Notes under the pieces: model-generated
What the model saw: the letters and a program-made list of their open reading frames with translations, nothing else
What the model was told of the DNA's origin: nothing
Database searches by the model: none
Program-made: the position numbers and the translations under genes
Shown: positions 41,724 through 51,876 of the stretch, in pieces
Position numbering within the stretch: position 1 is the stretch's first letter
How the letters are laid out: the number at the start of each line of letters is the position of its first letter
Assembly (NCBI GenBank): GCA_035606235.1
Contig: DATNFU010000016.1
Span: 2,397-66,396 of the forward strand
Reading direction: 5' to 3'
DNA from: Rhodanobacteraceae bacterium
Lineage (GTDB): Bacteria; Pseudomonadota; Gammaproteobacteria; Xanthomonadales; Rhodanobacteraceae
Length of the DNA: 64,000 nucleotides

Positions 41724-43052
41724 TCAAGATATCGACACCTGGCCGGGCACGATCTCGACCCGCATGCCCGAGCCGTTCGCCTTCTCCGCAAAACCCGGAA
41801 AAGAAGTTGCCACATTGGCGCAATCGCGGATGCGCACCGGTTCGCGCGTGATCGCGCCGGCCACCGCGAATGCCATGGCGCAACGATGGTCGCCCTGTGC
41901 GTCGACTTCGCCGCCTTGCAAGCCGCCGCCCTGGATGATTGCGCCATCCGCCGTTTCCTCGATCCGCGCGCCCAATGCGCGCAACCCTGAGGCCATCACC
42001 GCGATGCGATCGGATTCCTTGACCCGCAGTTCCTGTGCGCCACGGATCATCGTCGTACCTTGCGCGCCGGTGGCGGCCACGAACAGGATCGGAAACTCGT
42101 CAATCATGTCGGGCGCCACCAACGCCGGCATTTCGGTTGCCCGCAGCGGTGCCTGGCGGACCAGCAGATCGGCAATCGACTCGCCCCCGGATTCGCGCGG
42201 ATTTTCCTCGATGATGTCCGCGCCCATCGCACGCAGCACGCGCAACAAGCCGGTGCGACGCGGGTTCAATCCGACGCCGCGCAGGCGCAACTCGCTTCCG
42301 GGAATGAGCGTCGCCGCCACAATGAAAAATGCCGCGGAGGAAAAATCCGCCGGCACGGCCACCTCGGTCGCATGCAGCCTGCGGCCGCCGTCAAGTTTCA
42401 CCCTGCCTGCCTCGAATTCGATCGGCCAGCCGAAAGCCGCCAGCATGCGTTCGGTGTAGTCGCGGGTTGGTTGCGGTTCGCGGATACAGGTCGCGCCGCG
42501 CGCGTACAGGCCGGCCAGCAGCAGCGCGGATTTCACCTGCGCGCTGGCAATCGGCACCGTGTATTCCATTCCGTGCAGTGGCCGGCCACGAATACGCAGT
42601 GGTGGCAGCTCCCCGGCTGCCGCTTCGATCCGCGCACCCATTATGCCCAGCGGTTCGGTGATCCGTCGCATCGGTCGTCGCGACAACGAGGCGTCACCGA
42701 CCAGGGTGCAGTCGAAGGATTGCCCCGCAAACAATCCCGTGAGCAAGCGCATGGCCGTGCCGGAGTTTCCGCAATCGAGTACGCCGCCCGGCGCGCGCAA
42801 TCCGTGCAGACCCGCGCCATGCACGATGCGTTCGCCCGGAGCGGGTGTTTCGATGCGCACACCGAGTTGCTCGAAGATGGCCGCACCGGCATGGGTGTCG
42901 GCGCCTTCCAGAAACCCGTGGATGCGCGAGCGGCCTTCCGCGATCGCCGCCAGCATGATCGCGCGGTGCGACACCGATTTGTCGCCGGGTATCTCGATCT
43001 CGCCGTGCAACGCGGATGCGGGAGCGCTGATCCAGTCGAGTCGCGCATTCAT
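41724..43052 (-). CDS. aroA: 3-phosphoshikimate 1-carboxyvinyltransferase (not fused to prephenate dehydrogenase)
   Basis: 442 aa; PGDKSVSHRAIMLAA, LDCGNSGTAMRLL, DHRCAMAFAVAG. Confidence 0.95.
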   Translation of the reverse strand: MNARLDWISAPASALHGEIEIPGDKSVSHRAIMLAAIAEGRSRIHGFLEGADTHAGAAIFEQLGVRIETPAPGERIVHGAGLHGLRAPGGVLDCGNSGTAMRLLTGLFAGQSFDCTLVGDASLSRRPMRRITEPLGIMGARIEAAAGELPPLRIRGRPLHGMEYTVPIASAQVKSALLLAGLYARGATCIREPQPTRDYTERMLAAFGWPIEFEAGRVKLDGGRRLHATEVAVPADFSSAAFFIVAATLIPGSELRLRGVGLNPRRTGLLRVLRAMGADIIEENPRESGGESIADLLVRQAPLRATEMPALVAPDMIDEFPILFVAATGAQGTTMIRGAQELRVKESDRIAVMASGLRALGARIEETADGAIIQGGGLQGGEVDAQGDHRCAMAFAVAGAITREPVRIRDCANVATSFPGFAEKANGSGMRVEIVPGQVSIS

Positions 43053-44158
43053 GGCAGCGCAGCGAGCAGACGCTGGTTTTCCGAACGGCTACCGATGCTG
43101 ATGCGCAGGGTACGCGGCAAGCCGTAACCGAGCATCGGCCGCACGATTACGCCGCGCTCGAACAAGTGGCGCTCCAGCTCATGTGCATCATCTTGCAGGT
43201 CGAGCAGCAGGAAGTTCGTTTGCGACGGCAGGCAACGATACCCGCGCGAGTCCAACTCGCCACGCAGCCATTCGCGTTCGCCGTTGTTGTAGGCACGCGA
43301 GCTCGCCAGATGTTCGCGATCGGCCAGTGCGGATTCCGCGCCGACCAGGCCGATACCGTTGACGTTGAAGGATTCACGCAGCCGCTCCAGCACCGCGATT
43401 ACGCTCGGATGTGCAGCCAGATACCCGACGCGCAAACCGGCGAGTCCGTACGCCTTCGAAAACGTGCGGGTGACGACCAGGTTGGGATGCGCCTCGGCAA
43501 AACGCAGCGCGGTGGTGAGCCCCGGTGCATCCACGTATTCGTGATAGGCCTCGTCCACCACCACCAGTACGTCGCGCGGGATGCATGCGAGAAAATCCGC
43601 GAGCGCCGCGTCGTCGAACCAGGTGCCGGTCGGATTGTTGGGATTGGCCAGATACACGATGCGAGTATCCGGGCGAACCGCTTTCGCCATTGCGGCCAGA
43701 TCGTGGCCGTACGGCGCGCGCGCGTCATCGCGCGGCAGCGCCGGCACGCAGATCGGTTGCGCGCCCGCGGCGGCCGTCGCGATCGGGAACACCGCGAAGC
43801 CAAACTGCGAAAACACCACCGAATGCGCGGCATCGGCGAAACACTGCGCCAGCAACATCAGCAGTTCGTGCGAACCGTTGCCGAGTGCGATGCGCTCGAC
43901 GCCCAGGCCGAGACGATCACCGAGAGCCGCCTTCAATCCCGCGCCGCGCGGATCGGGATAACGAAAGCTGTCGGCCAGCGCCGCGCGCATTGCCTCCAGC
44001 GCGCGCGGACTAGGCCCGCACGGGTTCTCATTGGATCCCAATTCCGCGATTTCGCGCCCGAACCTTCGGCGCAGCGCCGGCAGGTCGTGGCCGGGGTCGT
44101 AATTGCGCAGCCGCGCCAGCGGGGCATTGGCCAACTGCGTGGCATCGAACGCGCTCAT
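43049..44158 (-). CDS. hisC: Histidinol-phosphate aminotransferase
   Basis: LGSNENPCGPSP, YLANPNNPTG, RTFSKAYGLAGLRVGY. Its stop overlaps the aroA start by 4 nt. Confidence 0.93.
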   Translation of the reverse strand: MSAFDATQLANAPLARLRNYDPGHDLPALRRRFGREIAELGSNENPCGPSPRALEAMRAALADSFRYPDPRGAGLKAALGDRLGLGVERIALGNGSHELLMLLAQCFADAAHSVVFSQFGFAVFPIATAAAGAQPICVPALPRDDARAPYGHDLAAMAKAVRPDTRIVYLANPNNPTGTWFDDAALADFLACIPRDVLVVVDEAYHEYVDAPGLTTALRFAEAHPNLVVTRTFSKAYGLAGLRVGYLAAHPSVIAVLERLRESFNVNGIGLVGAESALADREHLASSRAYNNGEREWLRGELDSRGYRCLPSQTNFLLLDLQDDAHELERHLFERGVIVRPMLGYGLPRTLRISIGSRSENQRLLAALP

Positions 44159-44167
44159 GACCCCGAC

Positions 44168-45340
44168 TCAATCGCCCGCCGCGATCACGCGCACGGAAAG
44201 GATGCCTTCGATGCCGGTGATCGTCGCCACCAGCGATTCCGGCACCACCGCATCCACATCAATCAGGTTGTAGGCAAGCTCGCCGCGCGACGCGTTGTGC
44301 ATCTGCGCGATGTTCAACCCGGCCTCGCCCAGCACATGCGAAAGCTGACCGATCATGTTGGGGCGGTTGGCATTGGCCACGCACACGCGCGCGTGGCCGG
44401 CGCGCGCCATGCGCGTGTTGGGAAAATTGACCGCGTGCTGCACGTTGCCGTTTTCCAGGAATTCGCGCAGCTGGTCGGCGACCATCACCGCGCAGTTCTC
44501 CTCGGCTTCCGCGGTGGATGCGCCCAGGTGCGGCAACGCAATCACCCGTGCATGGCCCATCAATTCCGCTACCGGAAAATCGCTGACGTACCGACCAAGC
44601 CTGCCGTCGTCCAGGCCCGCGCGCACCGCGGCGGCATCGATGACACCCTCGCGCGCAAAGTTCAGCAGCACCAGTCCGCGTTTGGCCGCCGCTATCGCCC
44701 CGGCGCCAAACAAGCCGCGGGTCGCTTCCATCAGCGGCACGTGGATCGAGACGTAATCCGATGATGCATACAATTCATCCAGCGAAGCCGCGCGCTGTAC
44801 GCTGGAAGACAGCTGCCACGCGCCTTCCACGGTCATGTGCGGATCGTGGCCGATCACGCGCATCCCCAGGGCGAACGCAGCATTCGCGACGCGCACGCCG
44901 ATTGCGCCGAGACCCACCACTCCCAATGTCTTGCCGGCGAGCTCGGAACCCGCGAAGCGCTTTTTCTCCGCTTCCATGCGAGCGTGCGCGCCGCTTTCAT
45001 CGCCGAGCGATTGCGCGAATGCGAGCGCATCGGGCAGATTGCGCGCGGCCAGCAACATGCCGGCGATCACCAGTTCCTTGACCGCATTGGCATTGGCGCC
45101 GGGCGCGTTGAACACCGGCACGCCGCGCTTGGACAATTCGACAACGGGAATGTTGTTGGTACCGGCGCCGGCGCGCGCCACCGCCAACACGCTGGCGGAG
45201 ATGGCACGCGCATGCAGATCCGCGCTGCGCAGCAGGATCGCATCGGGATCGGCGATGTCGTTGCCGGTCGCGTAGGTGCTTTTCGGGAGGCGTTCCAGAC
45301 CGCTGGCGGCGATGTTGTTGAGTGTCAGGATTTTGAACAT
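44168..45340 (-). CDS. serA: D-3-phosphoglycerate dehydrogenase with C-terminal ACT domain
   Basis: 390 aa from MFKILTLNNI; GVVGLGAIGVRVA NAD fold, PHLGASTAEAEE, and an ACT-like tail. The upstream part of the track ORF is repeat sequence. Confidence 0.88.
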   Translation of the reverse strand: MFKILTLNNIAASGLERLPKSTYATGNDIADPDAILLRSADLHARAISASVLAVARAGAGTNNIPVVELSKRGVPVFNAPGANANAVKELVIAGMLLAARNLPDALAFAQSLGDESGAHARMEAEKKRFAGSELAGKTLGVVGLGAIGVRVANAAFALGMRVIGHDPHMTVEGAWQLSSSVQRAASLDELYASSDYVSIHVPLMEATRGLFGAGAIAAAKRGLVLLNFAREGVIDAAAVRAGLDDGRLGRYVSDFPVAELMGHARVIALPHLGASTAEAEENCAVMVADQLREFLENGNVQHAVNFPNTRMARAGHARVCVANANRPNMIGQLSHVLGEAGLNIAQMHNASRGELAYNLIDVDAVVPESLVATITGIEGILSVRVIAAGD

Positions 45341-45700
45341 TGGTGCAAGTAATCTCCGATTACCAAAAGTGCAGGCCATGGATGGCCGCGTTGAGTGAGC
45401 TTCAGCGCCGTCGCATGACGCCGAGCACCGCAGCGCCAAGCGGGAGCAAGGCGCGACTGTTTGAGCACACGGACGTGTGAGTTCGCGCCGGCCCGCTTGG
45501 CGCAAGATGCGCAGGGAAGTCGAGACAACACGATGTTGTCTCGACCGTCGTGCCGAGCGCAATGGTTTTGGCTACTTTTGCCGAAACAAAAGTAGCCCGC
45601 GAGCGGCAGCGAGCGGAATCAAGGCAATCTTGCGAAGGAGCAAGATGGAAATGGATTCCGGCCTTCGCCGGGAGGACGGCAAGCGGCAAGGCGATTGTCA
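45341..45700. repeat. Hairpin-dense intergenic mosaic (at least five independent palindromes, including a REP-like unit)
   Basis: GCGCCAAGCGGG...CCCGCTTGGCGC; GTCGAGACAACA-CG-(A)TGTTGTCTCGAC (about 45519-45545; 12 of 13 positions pair); GGCTACTTTTG-CCGAAA-CAAAAGTAGCC (about 45570-45597); ATCTTGC-GAAGGA-GCAAGAT; CCGGC-CTTC-GCCGG (about 45658-45671). Confidence 0.8.
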
Positions 45701-46786
45701 TCAGCCATGCCGCTGCGCAAAGTCAGCCATGAATCCGGTGAGCGCACGCACGCCTTCAATCGGCATCGCGTTGTACAGCGACGCGCGCATCCCGCCGACC
45801 GCCCGATGCCCCTTCAGCGCCAACAGACCGGCGGCCTCTGCGTCCTTCAGGAAGGCCGCATCCAGCGCCGCATCGTGCAGCACGAAGGGTACGTTCATGC
45901 GCGAGCGCGCGAACGGTTCGACCGGATTGCGGTAATAACCGTTCGAACCATCGATCGCGGCGTACAGCGTTTCGGCCTTCTCGCGATTGCGCTGTTCCAT
46001 CGCGACCAAACCGCCCTGCTCCCGCAGCCACTGGAAAGTAAGCCCGGCCAGATACCAGCCCCAGGTGTTGGGTGTGTTGAGCATCGAATTCTGTGCCGCG
46101 TGTTCGGCGTAACGGAAGATCTTCGGCAACGGCCGCGGATTGCGCGCCAGCAAATCTTCGCGCGCGATCATCACCACCAGGCCCGAAGGCCCGATGTTCT
46201 TCTGCGCTCCGGCGTAGATCATGCCAAACCGCGACACCTCCACCGGGCGAGACAGGATGTCCGAAGACATGTCCGCGATTAGCGGCACATCGCCGACATC
46301 CGGAATGGAATGGAACTCCACGCCATGGATTGTTTCATTGGGTGTGTAGTGCACGTAGGCGGCATTCGGGTCGAGCTGCCATTGCGCACGGGCTGGAATC
46401 GTCGTGAAATTGGAGGTTGCAGAGCTGGCCGCCGCGTGCGGCTTTGCGTATACGGATGCTTCCTTCAGCGCTTTCTCGCTCCAGTGCCCGGTGATGATGT
46501 AATCCGCGCGCTGGCCGTCAGCGCACAAATTCATCGGGATTTGCGCGAAGTGCTGGGTGGCCCCGCCCTGCAGGAACAGCACCTTGTAATCGCCCGGCAC
46601 ATTCAGCAGTTCGCGCAAATCTTCCTCGGCGCGCGCGGCCATTGCTTCGAACGCCTTGCCGCGATGGCTTACTTCCATCACCGAGGCGCGCGCGCCGTTC
46701 CACTCAAGCAGTCCTTCCTGTGCGCGGCGCAATACCGCTTCCGGCAACGCCGCGGGACCGGCGCTGAAATTCCAACCACGAGTCAT
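45701..46786 (-). CDS. serC: Phosphoserine aminotransferase
   Basis: 361 aa from MTRGWNFSAGPAALPEAVL; FLQGGATQHF, GAQKNIGPSGL (PLP Lys). Confidence 0.95.
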   Translation of the reverse strand: MTRGWNFSAGPAALPEAVLRRAQEGLLEWNGARASVMEVSHRGKAFEAMAARAEEDLRELLNVPGDYKVLFLQGGATQHFAQIPMNLCADGQRADYIITGHWSEKALKEASVYAKPHAAASSATSNFTTIPARAQWQLDPNAAYVHYTPNETIHGVEFHSIPDVGDVPLIADMSSDILSRPVEVSRFGMIYAGAQKNIGPSGLVVMIAREDLLARNPRPLPKIFRYAEHAAQNSMLNTPNTWGWYLAGLTFQWLREQGGLVAMEQRNREKAETLYAAIDGSNGYYRNPVEPFARSRMNVPFVLHDAALDAAFLKDAEAAGLLALKGHRAVGGMRASLYNAMPIEGVRALTGFMADFAQRHG

Positions 46787-46968
46787 AAGACACTTGCCCT
46801 CTGAAGAAATTGATCGCTGCAACCCAAATCGGATACTGACACAAGCCCTACGGACCCTGCTCGGCTTGCCAAGCGAGAAACGCACACGGATCAGGCCGGA
46901 TTGAAACTCGCGCAACCGGCTTCCATCCCTGCCGGGAGCGCTTCACCCCATTTCGCGCGGGCAGCCCT

Positions 46969-47730
46969 TCAATGTTTCCACCACAACAGCGCCGCAATGA
47001 TCACCGCGAGCAATGCGGCGGTGCCCAGTAGCCACCACAATTCCGCGATCGAGCGCCGCGGCTCGATCGCAATCGGCGCCTGCGGCGGCTCGGGTGTTTC
47101 CTGCGCGGCGGCGCTCGCCGCCTGCAAGCCCGGCGCTTCAACCACGAAGCGGTGCTCGCCCAGAATCAATTGATCACCCGATTGGAGCAGTGCGCGTTTG
47201 AGTCGAACACCGTTGACGAGTACCTGTGCATCACCGGCATCGAAGCGCACGCCCGTTTGGTGCAACTGCAACTCGCATTGGGGCACGCCCGCCAGCACGA
47301 ACCCGCGCCCGCCCAGCACCAGTCGACCCTCGATCGGCAGCAATCGCCCCGACCATGCCCCCGATACCGCGCGCAACGCGGCAAACCCCGGGCGCGGCGC
47401 GGCATCGCCGGGCAGCGGCTTGGATGCTCCGCAATCATGGTCGGCCGGATTGTCCGGCAGCAGCGCGAGCTTGCATCCGCCGACGCTCAGGATATCCCCG
47501 AAGCGCAGCAACGCGCGCTCGCGCACCGGCCTTGCGTTCACGTAGATGTGCGATGCGCCCGGCAACACTTCCAGCACCAGGCCGCGGCGGTCTTCCGCAA
47601 TCGTCAGATGCCGTTGCGCGACGCCCGCCCCGCTCAATGCCAGATCATTTTCGGCCGCGCAGCCGATGCGCACGCGCGCACCGGCGCTGCGGAAGGGTTC
47701 GCGGGCAGCATTGACGAATCCGATGCGCAT
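46969..47730 (-). CDS. Membrane-anchored protein with two FHA-like domains
   Basis: 253 aa from MRIGFVN; two segments of FHA-like pattern (VAQRHLTI...YVNARPV...GDILSVGG and LQLHQTGVRFD...LVNGVRL...GDQLILGEHRF); C-terminal TM LWWLLGTAALLAVIIAALLWW. Confidence 0.6.
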   Translation of the reverse strand: MRIGFVNAAREPFRSAGARVRIGCAAENDLALSGAGVAQRHLTIAEDRRGLVLEVLPGASHIYVNARPVRERALLRFGDILSVGGCKLALLPDNPADHDCGASKPLPGDAAPRPGFAALRAVSGAWSGRLLPIEGRLVLGGRGFVLAGVPQCELQLHQTGVRFDAGDAQVLVNGVRLKRALLQSGDQLILGEHRFVVEAPGLQAASAAAQETPEPPQAPIAIEPRRSIAELWWLLGTAALLAVIIAALLWWKH

Positions 47731-47791
47731 GAACTGTCCGTGCAGAGCGGGCGCACTGTAACATGGCCTCGGCGGCATATCGGAACAGGGC

Positions 47792-48067
47792 ATGGCGACC
47801 ATCGACATAACCCGGCGACACAATCTCGGCCGCGAACGCGCGCGCGAAATCGTCGAACGGATTGCCGCCGGAATGGTGCGCAAGTATTCGGTCGAGAGTA
47901 GTTGGGAAGGCGACACCCTGCACATCCGACGCAGCGGCGTGGAGGGACGGATCGAAGTCGGCGAGGACAGCGTGCGCATGCGCGCGCAACTCGGTCTGAT
48001 GGCCGGCATGCTCAAGGGCACGATCGAGCAGGAGGTACAGCATCAGTTCGATCAGCACTTTGGGTAA
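47792..48067 (+). CDS. Polyhydroxyalkanoic-acid-system family small protein (TIGR02610-like)
   Basis: 91 aa; MATIDITRRHNLG...W.GD.L...R.GV.G.I.V....VR....LG.....KG.IE.E. pattern. Confidence 0.7.
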   Translation: MATIDITRRHNLGRERAREIVERIAAGMVRKYSVESSWEGDTLHIRRSGVEGRIEVGEDSVRMRAQLGLMAGMLKGTIEQEVQHQFDQHFG

Positions 48068-48242
48068 GTGAGCGGCCTCGCGAAATGTGTGGGGCCGCCC
48101 CCACGTCGGCGAAAGCGGCCACAGGCCGTCGGGCAGAACCGATTCCCGGGCGACTGCTTGCTGATGCTTTCGCGCTTCCGGCGTCCGTGGCACAATGCGC
48201 GGCTTGCGCGGCAACCCTGCCGCCCGTTCACTGCCGGGGCAC

Positions 48243-48461
48243 ATGGCCAAAGACGACGTAATCGAGATGGAGGGCACGGTGCTGGAAACCCTGCCTAATA
48301 CCATGTTCCGCGTGCAGCTCGAAAACGGCCACGTGGTCATCGCGCACATCTCCGGCCGCATGCGCAAGCACTACATCCGCATCCTGACCGGCGACAAGGT
48401 CAAGGTCGAGATGACACCGTACGATCTGACCAAGGGGCGGATCACGTACCGGTCGAAATGA
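48243..48461 (+). CDS. infA: Translation initiation factor IF-1
   Basis: [53 protein letters not shown], 72 aa. Confidence 0.98.
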   Translation: MAKDDVIEMEGTVLETLPNTMFRVQLENGHVVIAHISGRMRKHYIRILTGDKVKVEMTPYDLTKGRITYRSK

Positions 48462-48521
48462 TCGCAGGGCGGGTCTTGACCCTCCGTCAGGCATCCCGCG
48501 GCGGGTTGAAACCCGCCCTAC

Positions 48522-48550
48522 AAAAACGGCGGCCGCTGGCCGCCGTTTTT
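48522..48550. terminator. Bidirectional rho-independent terminator between infA (+) and clpA (-)
   Basis: AAAAA-CGGCGGCC-GCT-GGCCGCCG-TTTTT: a perfect 8-bp GC stem flanked by an A-run and a T-run. Confidence 0.85.
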
Positions 48551-48579
48551 CGTTTGCCGGATGGCAATGGAGCGAGCGG

Positions 48580-50850
48580 CTATTCCACCACAGCGGGAAG
48601 CTTTTCGGCTTCCTCGGTTTCGACCGCAAGCTCGCCGTCCTTGACGCTCAGGTTGACCTTGCCGCCTTCGGCGAGTTTGCCGAACAGCAGCTCGTCGGCC
48701 AGCGCGCGCTTGATCTTGTCCTGGATTACCCGCGCCATCGGCCGCGCACCCATATGCGGATCGAAACCGTGCTCGGCCAGCCAACGCCGCGCGTCGGGAT
48801 CCACGTTGAGATTGACGCGCTTCTCCTGCAACTGCGCTTCCAGCTCGATCAGGAACTTGTCCACCACGCGCAGGATGTGTTCGAAATCCAGCGCCTTGAA
48901 TTCCACGATCGCGTCGAGGCGGTTGCGGAATTCCGGCGTGAACGCGCGGCGGAGGGTTTCCATCGCATCGGTCGCGTGGTTCTGTTCCACGAAACCGATC
49001 GTGCGCCGCGCAGCCTGCTGCGCGCCGGCATTGGTGGTCATCACCAGGATCGCGTTCTTGAAGTTCGCCTCGCGGCCATTGGTGTCGGTCAGCGCGCCGT
49101 GATCCATCACCTGCAGCAGCACGTTGAACACATCCGGGTGGGCCTTCTCGATTTCGTCCAGCAGCAACACGCAGTGCGGATGCTTGACCACCGCGTCGGT
49201 GAGCAGGCCGCCCTGATCGAAGCCGACGTAGCCCGGAGGCGCGCCGATCAGGCGCGAAACCGAATGCGCTTCCATGTATTCGGACATGTCGAAGCGGATC
49301 AACTCGATGCCCAGCTGCATCGCCAGTTGCCGTGTGACTTCGGTCTTGCCGACGCCCGTGGGGCCGGCGAACAGGAAGCAGCCGATCGGCTTGGCGGGAT
49401 CGCCCAGTCCCGAGCGCGCCATCTTGATCGCGCTCGACAGGGTGTCGATCGCGGCATCCTGGCCGAAGATCACCATCTTCAGATTGCGGTCGATATTGCG
49501 CAGCACGTCGCGGTCGGAAGCCGAGACCTGCTTCTGCGGAATGCGCGCCATGCGCGCCACGATGAACTCGATTTCATTGACGTCGACGGTAGTCTTGCGC
49601 TCTTCCTCCGGCATCAGGCGCTGACGGGCACCGGCCTCGTCGATCACGTCGATCGCCTTGTCCGGCAGCAGCCGGTCGGGAATGTGCTTCACCGACAAAT
49701 CCACCGCCGCTTTCAGCGCCGCGCCGGTGTAGCTGACGTGATGATGTTCCTCGAAGCGCGACTTCAGACCTTCCAGGATCGCCACGCTGTCGGCAACGCT
49801 GGGCTCGACGATGTCGATTTTCTGGAAGCGTCGCGCCAGCGCCCGATCCTTCTCGAACACGCCACGGAATTCCTGGAACGTGGTCGAACCGATGCAGCGC
49901 AACTCGCCCGAGGCCAGCATCGGCTTGATCAGGTTGGATGCATCCATGGTGCCGCCCGAAGCGGAACCCGCACCGATGATGGTGTGGATTTCGTCGATGA
50001 ACAGGATCGCGTGCGGATCTTTTTTCAGTTGCGCGATCACCGCCTTCAGGCGCTTCTCGAAATCGCCACGGTATTTGGTGCCGGCGACCAGCGCGCCGAG
50101 ATCCAGCGCCCACACGGTGCACTCTTCCAGCACCTCAGGCACCTCGCCTTCGACGATGCGCTTGGCCAGGCCTTCCGCGAGTGCGGTCTTGCCCACGCCG
50201 GCTTCGCCGACATAGAGCGGATTATTCTTGCGCCGACGGCACAACACCTGGATGGTGCGCTCGATCTCCTCGGTGCGACCGATCAGCGGATCGATTTTGC
50301 CCTGCCGCGCAAGATCATTGAGGTTGTTGGCGTACTCGGTGAGCGCGTTGCCTTTGGCCTCGCCGCCCTCCTCGCCTTCGCGTTCGGTCGCGGCGGGCTC
50401 GGCCGCGTCGTGGCCGATCTTGGCAATGCCGTGCGACACGTAGTTGACGACGTCCAGCCGCGTCACTTCCTGCTGGTGCAGGAAGAACACCGCATGTGAA
50501 TCTTTTTCACCGAAGATCGCGACCAGCACGTTGGCGCCGGTGACTTCCTTCCGCCCCGATGACTGTACGTGATACACCGCGCGCTGCAGCACGCGCTGGA
50601 AACCGAGCGTGGGCTGGGTATCGCGCTCGTCGCCGGTCGGCAGCACCGGCACGGTTTCGGCGATGATCGAGCGCAGATCCTTGCCCAGCTTGTCGACATC
50701 GGCGCCACAGCCGCGCAGTACCGCCGCGGCGGTAGGATTTTCCAGCAACGCCAGCAGCAGGTGTTCCACCGTCATGAATTCATGACGCTGCTCGCGCGCT
50801 TCCTTGTAGCACTGGCCGATGGTGAACTCGAGATCTTTGCTGAACATCAT
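48580..50850 (-). CDS. clpA: ATP-dependent Clp protease ATP-binding subunit ClpA
   Basis: 756 aa; two AAA+ modules ([18 protein letters not shown]) and an N-terminal Clp_N domain. Confidence 0.97.
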   Translation of the reverse strand: MMFSKDLEFTIGQCYKEAREQRHEFMTVEHLLLALLENPTAAAVLRGCGADVDKLGKDLRSIIAETVPVLPTGDERDTQPTLGFQRVLQRAVYHVQSSGRKEVTGANVLVAIFGEKDSHAVFFLHQQEVTRLDVVNYVSHGIAKIGHDAAEPAATEREGEEGGEAKGNALTEYANNLNDLARQGKIDPLIGRTEEIERTIQVLCRRRKNNPLYVGEAGVGKTALAEGLAKRIVEGEVPEVLEECTVWALDLGALVAGTKYRGDFEKRLKAVIAQLKKDPHAILFIDEIHTIIGAGSASGGTMDASNLIKPMLASGELRCIGSTTFQEFRGVFEKDRALARRFQKIDIVEPSVADSVAILEGLKSRFEEHHHVSYTGAALKAAVDLSVKHIPDRLLPDKAIDVIDEAGARQRLMPEEERKTTVDVNEIEFIVARMARIPQKQVSASDRDVLRNIDRNLKMVIFGQDAAIDTLSSAIKMARSGLGDPAKPIGCFLFAGPTGVGKTEVTRQLAMQLGIELIRFDMSEYMEAHSVSRLIGAPPGYVGFDQGGLLTDAVVKHPHCVLLLDEIEKAHPDVFNVLLQVMDHGALTDTNGREANFKNAILVMTTNAGAQQAARRTIGFVEQNHATDAMETLRRAFTPEFRNRLDAIVEFKALDFEHILRVVDKFLIELEAQLQEKRVNLNVDPDARRWLAEHGFDPHMGARPMARVIQDKIKRALADELLFGKLAEGGKVNLSVKDGELAVETEEAEKLPAVVE

Positions 50851-50906
50851 TCTCTCACTTCAAAGCGATTCGGGATGTTTCCCGTGTGGCTTCGATATGG
50901 GGATGG

Positions 50907-51239
50907 CTAGAGTTTTTCCATAGTGCACAGCAAGGGATGTTGATGACTGCGTGAGAATTCGTTCACCTGGGTGACCTTGCTCTCGGCGACCTCACGCGTG
51001 AATACGCCACACACCCCTTTGCCGCGGGTGTGGACATGCAACATGATCTGGGTGGCGCGTTCACGATTCATGTTGAAGAAGGTTTCAAGCACCGCCACCA
51101 CGAACTCCATCGGCGTGTAGTCGTCGTTCAGCAGCACCACTTGATAGAGCGGCGGACGTGCGGTCTCCGGCTTCGCCGTTTCCACGGCGAGGCCGTGCTC
51201 GTGTTCGGATTCCGGGTCGTGTCGTTTGGTTGGTGCCAT
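50907..51239 (-). CDS. clpS: ATP-dependent Clp protease adapter ClpS
   Basis: [20 protein letters not shown]...[17 protein letters not shown]. Confidence 0.95.
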   Translation of the reverse strand: MAPTKRHDPESEHEHGLAVETAKPETARPPLYQVVLLNDDYTPMEFVVAVLETFFNMNRERATQIMLHVHTRGKGVCGVFTREVAESKVTQVNEFSRSHQHPLLCTMEKL

Positions 51240-51396
51240 TGCTCTGGATGGATTGCCTTCGGCCCGAGTATACGCCGCGCGCGAACCGGCACTATGCAAT
51301 GCGACACACTGCCGTGATGGCACAATGGCGAAGTTTTTCCATTCCTGCACTGGATTCCTGCCATTCCCCGGCCGGGATTACGATGACCCTTTGCAT

Positions 51397-51876
51397 ATGT
51401 CCATTTCCGCAGAAAACAACGAGGAGATCTGGTGCCCGCACGTGACCGTCGCCTGCGTGGTACACGATCGAGATCGCTTCCTGATGGTGGAGGAAGACGT
51501 GCGCGGCACGCTGCGGTTCAATCAACCTGCGGGCCACCTCGAGCCCGGCGAGAGCCTGATCCAAGCGGTCCACCGCGAGACGCTGGAGGAAGCCGGCTGG
51601 GAGATCGAACTGCAATCCTTCATCGGGGTGCGCCAGTACGACAGCCCCGAGCACGAGGCGCAGATCGTGCGTTTCGCGTTTGCGGGGCGTCCCTTGCATC
51701 ATCATGCCGGGCGCAAGCTGGATCACGGCATCCTGCGCACGCACTGGCTGAGCTATCCGGAAATCGCGGCGTTGGGCGAGCGCCTGCGCAGCCCCCTGGT
51801 GCTCGCCACACTGGACGATTGGCTGGCCGGCCGGCGGTTGCCGCTTTCGGTCGTGGATGGCACGGCATGCGCGTGA
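51397..51876 (+). CDS. NUDIX hydrolase
   Basis: Nudix box [22 protein letters not shown]. The start was chosen at MSISAEN; an alternative ATG lies at 51325. It overlaps the mnmA start by 10 nt. Confidence 0.8.
   Translation: MSISAENNEEIWCPHVTVACVVHDRDRFLMVEEDVRGTLRFNQPAGHLEPGESLIQAVHRETLEEAGWEIELQSFIGVRQYDSPEHEAQIVRFAFAGRPLHHHAGRKLDHGILRTHWLSYPEIAALGERLRSPLVLATLDDWLAGRRLPLSVVDGTACA

Noticed and set aside
48188-48207. TGGCAC ... TTGC upstream of infA as a second sigma-54 promoter
   Set aside because: The spacing is wrong. The GG-to-GC distance is 17 nt instead of 12, so it does not fit the -24/-12 geometry.
48754-50499. 581-aa plus-strand ORF antisense to clpA
   Set aside because: It is a shadow ORF; ClpA Walker motifs are on the minus strand.
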